29,001 bases of DNA, from the sequence record SRR20825006_868; one strand, written 5' to 3'. Every line of letters begins with the position of its first letter. Positions within the stretch are counted from its first letter, which is position 1. The notes under the pieces are model-generated. The model made no database searches, was not told where the DNA came from, and saw nothing but the letters and a program-made list of their open reading frames with translations. This document shows positions 26,732 to 29,001 of this stretch, one piece after another. Made by a program: the position numbers and the translations under genes.

Positions 26732-27682
26732 TCAGCACATACGCGTGACATCAACTTGGCGGAACCATTCGCTTTGGTCGGCTGAGAAAATGTGGTGGAG
26801 CCACTCCAGAAAGCAACCTCCATTTTTTAACTTTCTGACGCGTGGCGTATGGTAGAGCCAGATGTCTATCGCGGGAGATCGAGGCGCCGGACATACAACG
26901 AGATCGGGAAAACGATCAGCTATGTGGGTAGGTAACAAGGCTGGCGCTATTGCGGACTCGCAGAATGATACCATTGTTTCCAATGTGTTCATGCGGCGCA
27001 TCATGTCGAGACCGGGGAAGCTGTTTCCAGATCTCTGAAGAAGTTCAACGTAGGGGCTATGGACAAGAGCTTTTCTCCTTGCCAGGTCGGATAGTGACGA
27101 TGGCATTGCGTGATCCATTTCCCATTCGGTCGATACGAAGCCGGCATAGTGCGATCTGCCAATACGACTGACCATCAGGTCAGACTCGGTTGGTCGCAGC
27201 CCCTGAATGGCGATGTCTCCCGCCAGGTCGTGAAAATCAGATGGTGAATCGCTGATTGTGAGGTCTACGATCGTGTCGGGATTGCTCAGTTGGAACTGCG
27301 CAAGACGAGGTGCGATCCAGTAAAGAGCTATCGCCTCACTGCAGACAAGCTGGATGTGCGTTCCTGAATCAGTTGCTGCACTACAGACTTCGTTCTGAGC
27401 GGCTTCGATCGTGTCCGCGACAAGGTCGGCGTGTCGCAGTAGCGCGTCTCCCGCCTTCGTCAGGATTACCCCCGTGTGGTTCCGCCTGAATAGCTCTGTA
27501 TGCAGCGTGATTTCGAGCTCGGTTATCCTGCGGCTGATCGTTGGCGATGAGACTCCAAGCAGGGATGCGGCAGCGCTCATACTGCAAGTCCGTGCCACCG
27601 CGCGGAAGATTCTCAACCGGTCCCAGTCAAACTGATCGAAAGAGCCTTGACTGCCTTGCGCGTGTGAAAGCCCCCGTTTCAT
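26732..27682 (-). CDS. LysR-family transcriptional regulator
   Basis: FDWDRLRIFRAVARTCSMSAAASLLGVSSPTISRRITELE...LFRR...LTKAG HTH; 316 aa with a divergent effector domain. Confidence 0.92.
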   Translation of the reverse strand: MKRGLSHAQGSQGSFDQFDWDRLRIFRAVARTCSMSAAASLLGVSSPTISRRITELEITLHTELFRRNHTGVILTKAGDALLRHADLVADTIEAAQNEVCSAATDSGTHIQLVCSEAIALYWIAPRLAQFQLSNPDTIVDLTISDSPSDFHDLAGDIAIQGLRPTESDLMVSRIGRSHYAGFVSTEWEMDHAMPSSLSDLARRKALVHSPYVELLQRSGNSFPGLDMMRRMNTLETMVSFCESAIAPALLPTHIADRFPDLVVCPAPRSPAIDIWLYHTPRVRKLKNGGCFLEWLHHIFSADQSEWFRQVDVTRMC

Positions 27683-27713
27683 TTTGTGCTGAAGTCACCC
27701 GCCCAAATTCATG

Positions 27714-27750
27714 TCATGAAAATTAACCATATAATGGAGAATTTTCATGA
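27714..27750. promoter_or_regulatory. Perfect 11-bp inverted repeat over the RBS/start of the 192-aa gene (operator or mRNA hairpin)
   Basis: TCATGAAAATT (27714-27724) and AATTTTCATGA (27740-27750), with an inner CCAT/ATGG pair. Confidence 0.6.
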
Positions 27751-28325
27751 ATGCAACTCAGGCTAGAAATTGGGCAAGGGCGGATATTGAACCTGAGGTA
27801 CTTGCTGCGCGGGCAAGAGATTTTGGGTTTCGGCTCGCGGACCGCGACGAACTCCAAGCCGCCGTTTCCATGGCGGAATCGCTGATTGACGGAAAGCTAG
27901 CGTCAGTCGATGCGATTTCGGCGATGAACGTTCAAACCGGTATGACGGCATGGGTGACGGGAGATCCGGTTGACGGCATTTTCCTGACCATACCGCTATC
28001 TGCGGAAGGCGAAGCTGCCGTCAGGAATGGTTCTTATGTGCCTGCGGCGCCGTCGTCTGAGCATTTGGCAACGCAGGGCAAGGATATCGCGGCATTCTAT
28101 GTCGGCGTCTATGCGGGCAGTTCGCGGGAAGCGCGAAAAAAAATCATGACGGCGTCCGCTGTCCTTCGTGTGGAAATGTTTGGTGTGTTTCCCGCCTATG
28201 CGCGAGGTGCCACGGAGGACGGACGGCGCTCCATGTTGAGCTTGGGGTTTCAAGAATTTGAAGGGGGGCTCCCAGATTTGTTTTTCCAGCCGCCATTCCA
28301 GACGGTTTTGGACCAGACATCATGA
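27747..28325 (+). CDS. Hypothetical protein, possible degenerate GNAT fold
   Basis: GGAG RBS, 192 aa, ATGA-coupled to the next gene; the C-terminal ARGATEDGRRSMLSLGF resembles the end of GNAT motif B. Confidence 0.7.
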   Translation: MNATQARNWARADIEPEVLAARARDFGFRLADRDELQAAVSMAESLIDGKLASVDAISAMNVQTGMTAWVTGDPVDGIFLTIPLSAEGEAAVRNGSYVPAAPSSEHLATQGKDIAAFYVGVYAGSSREARKKIMTASAVLRVEMFGVFPAYARGATEDGRRSMLSLGFQEFEGGLPDLFFQPPFQTVLDQTS

Positions 28326-28954
28326 GCCAGATCCAAAACAAGATCGGAGAGTCTGTGCTTCTCCGCCGCGTGCCGCCTGAAGCTTATCTCGAATACTCAA
28401 CAGAAATTGTAAGAACTCTCGATGGTTTCCATCAGATCAGCGCCATTCGATCTGCCGTCTTTCTCAGCGAACAGGATTGTCCATATGAGGAAGAGTTTGA
28501 CGGCAACGACTTCTGCGCAACACATCTCCTTCTGAAGGCGAAAGGGCGTCCGGTCGGGACATTACGCATTCGCTGGTTCGCGGAGTTTGCGAAGCTGGAA
28601 CGGATCGCCTTGCTGCCGTGTGAGCGCGGGCGCGTCGGATTGCGCGTACTCTTGGCAACCGGTTTCGAGATAGTTTCGCGTAAAGGGTATGAGAGGATGA
28701 TTGGCCAAATTCAGTCGCGCCTCTGGCCGGTCTGGTCCCGAACCTTCAAATGTCGTTTGATTGAGGGTCGGCCGGCTTTCTGGTTCTCGGATTACGAGTA
28801 TCGCGAGATCGAAATCCCAATTCCCCGCCATCCGTTAGCGCTGCGAATGCAAGAAGACCCTTACCGCATCATCCGCCCCGAGGGTGCATGGGACGAACCC
28901 GGCATTCTGGAAACCTCGGTCGCCAGATCGCAATCCGATGAACAAGCGGCTTAA
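28322..28954 (+). CDS. GNAT-family N-acyltransferase (ElaA/YjcF-like core with C-terminal extension)
   Basis: IRSAVFLSEQDCPYEEEFDGNDFCATH...PVGTLR...AKLERIAL parallels the YjcF/ElaA pattern R..VF..EQ..P..EE.D...H...PVG..R...KLERI. Confidence 0.82.
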   Translation: MSQIQNKIGESVLLRRVPPEAYLEYSTEIVRTLDGFHQISAIRSAVFLSEQDCPYEEEFDGNDFCATHLLLKAKGRPVGTLRIRWFAEFAKLERIALLPCERGRVGLRVLLATGFEIVSRKGYERMIGQIQSRLWPVWSRTFKCRLIEGRPAFWFSDYEYREIEIPIPRHPLALRMQEDPYRIIRPEGAWDEPGILETSVARSQSDEQAA

Positions 28955-28973
28955 ATGTGCGGAAAGTCTGGAA

Positions 28974-29001
28974 TGGTGCCCGGGGGCGGAATCGAACCAC
29001 C
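28974..29001 (-). tRNA. 3' end of a tRNA, probably tRNA-Phe (truncated by window edge)
   Basis: Reverse complement GGTGGTTCGATTCCGCCCCCGGGCACCA gives T arm, acceptor strand and CCA. The GGGCACCA end is typical of tRNA-Phe; the anticodon lies outside the window. Confidence 0.8.

Noticed and set aside
1..29001. CRISPR array, IS element, prophage, intein or defence system
   Set aside because: No regularly spaced repeats and no transposase, integrase or nuclease motifs seen; DnaB is of normal length.

Overview
GC-rich alphaproteobacterial chromosome segment. Gene order and protein style suggest Hyphomonadaceae/Caulobacterales, but this is inference. It runs from the 3' part of a MerR-family gene plus tRNA-Pro(GGG) to the 3' end of a minus-strand tRNA (probably tRNA-Phe). 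Contents in order: (i) a catabolic block (oligopeptidase B, msrB, MaoC dehydratase, class-V PLP enzyme, acyl-CoA synthetase, AGMO/sterol-desaturase-like enzyme, amidohydrolase, crotonase plus epoxide hydrolase); (ii) core genes dnaB, rplI-rpsR-rpsF, fabD-fabG-acpP-fabF-mltG-yicC-gmk, icd, a TrmJ-like methyltransferase and an HI0933-type flavoprotein; (iii) a crotonase divergent from a paired acyl-CoA dehydrogenase; (iv) a LysR regulator divergent from two coupled GNAT-fold genes next to the tRNA. I saw no integrase, transposase, prophage or CRISPR array. The best novelty candidates are the LysR/dual-GNAT module, with an 11-bp perfect inverted repeat over its RBS and start codon, and a 38-aa membrane microprotein ORF coupled to gmk that is missing from the ORF track. 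All family calls come from motif recognition by eye; no searches were run.
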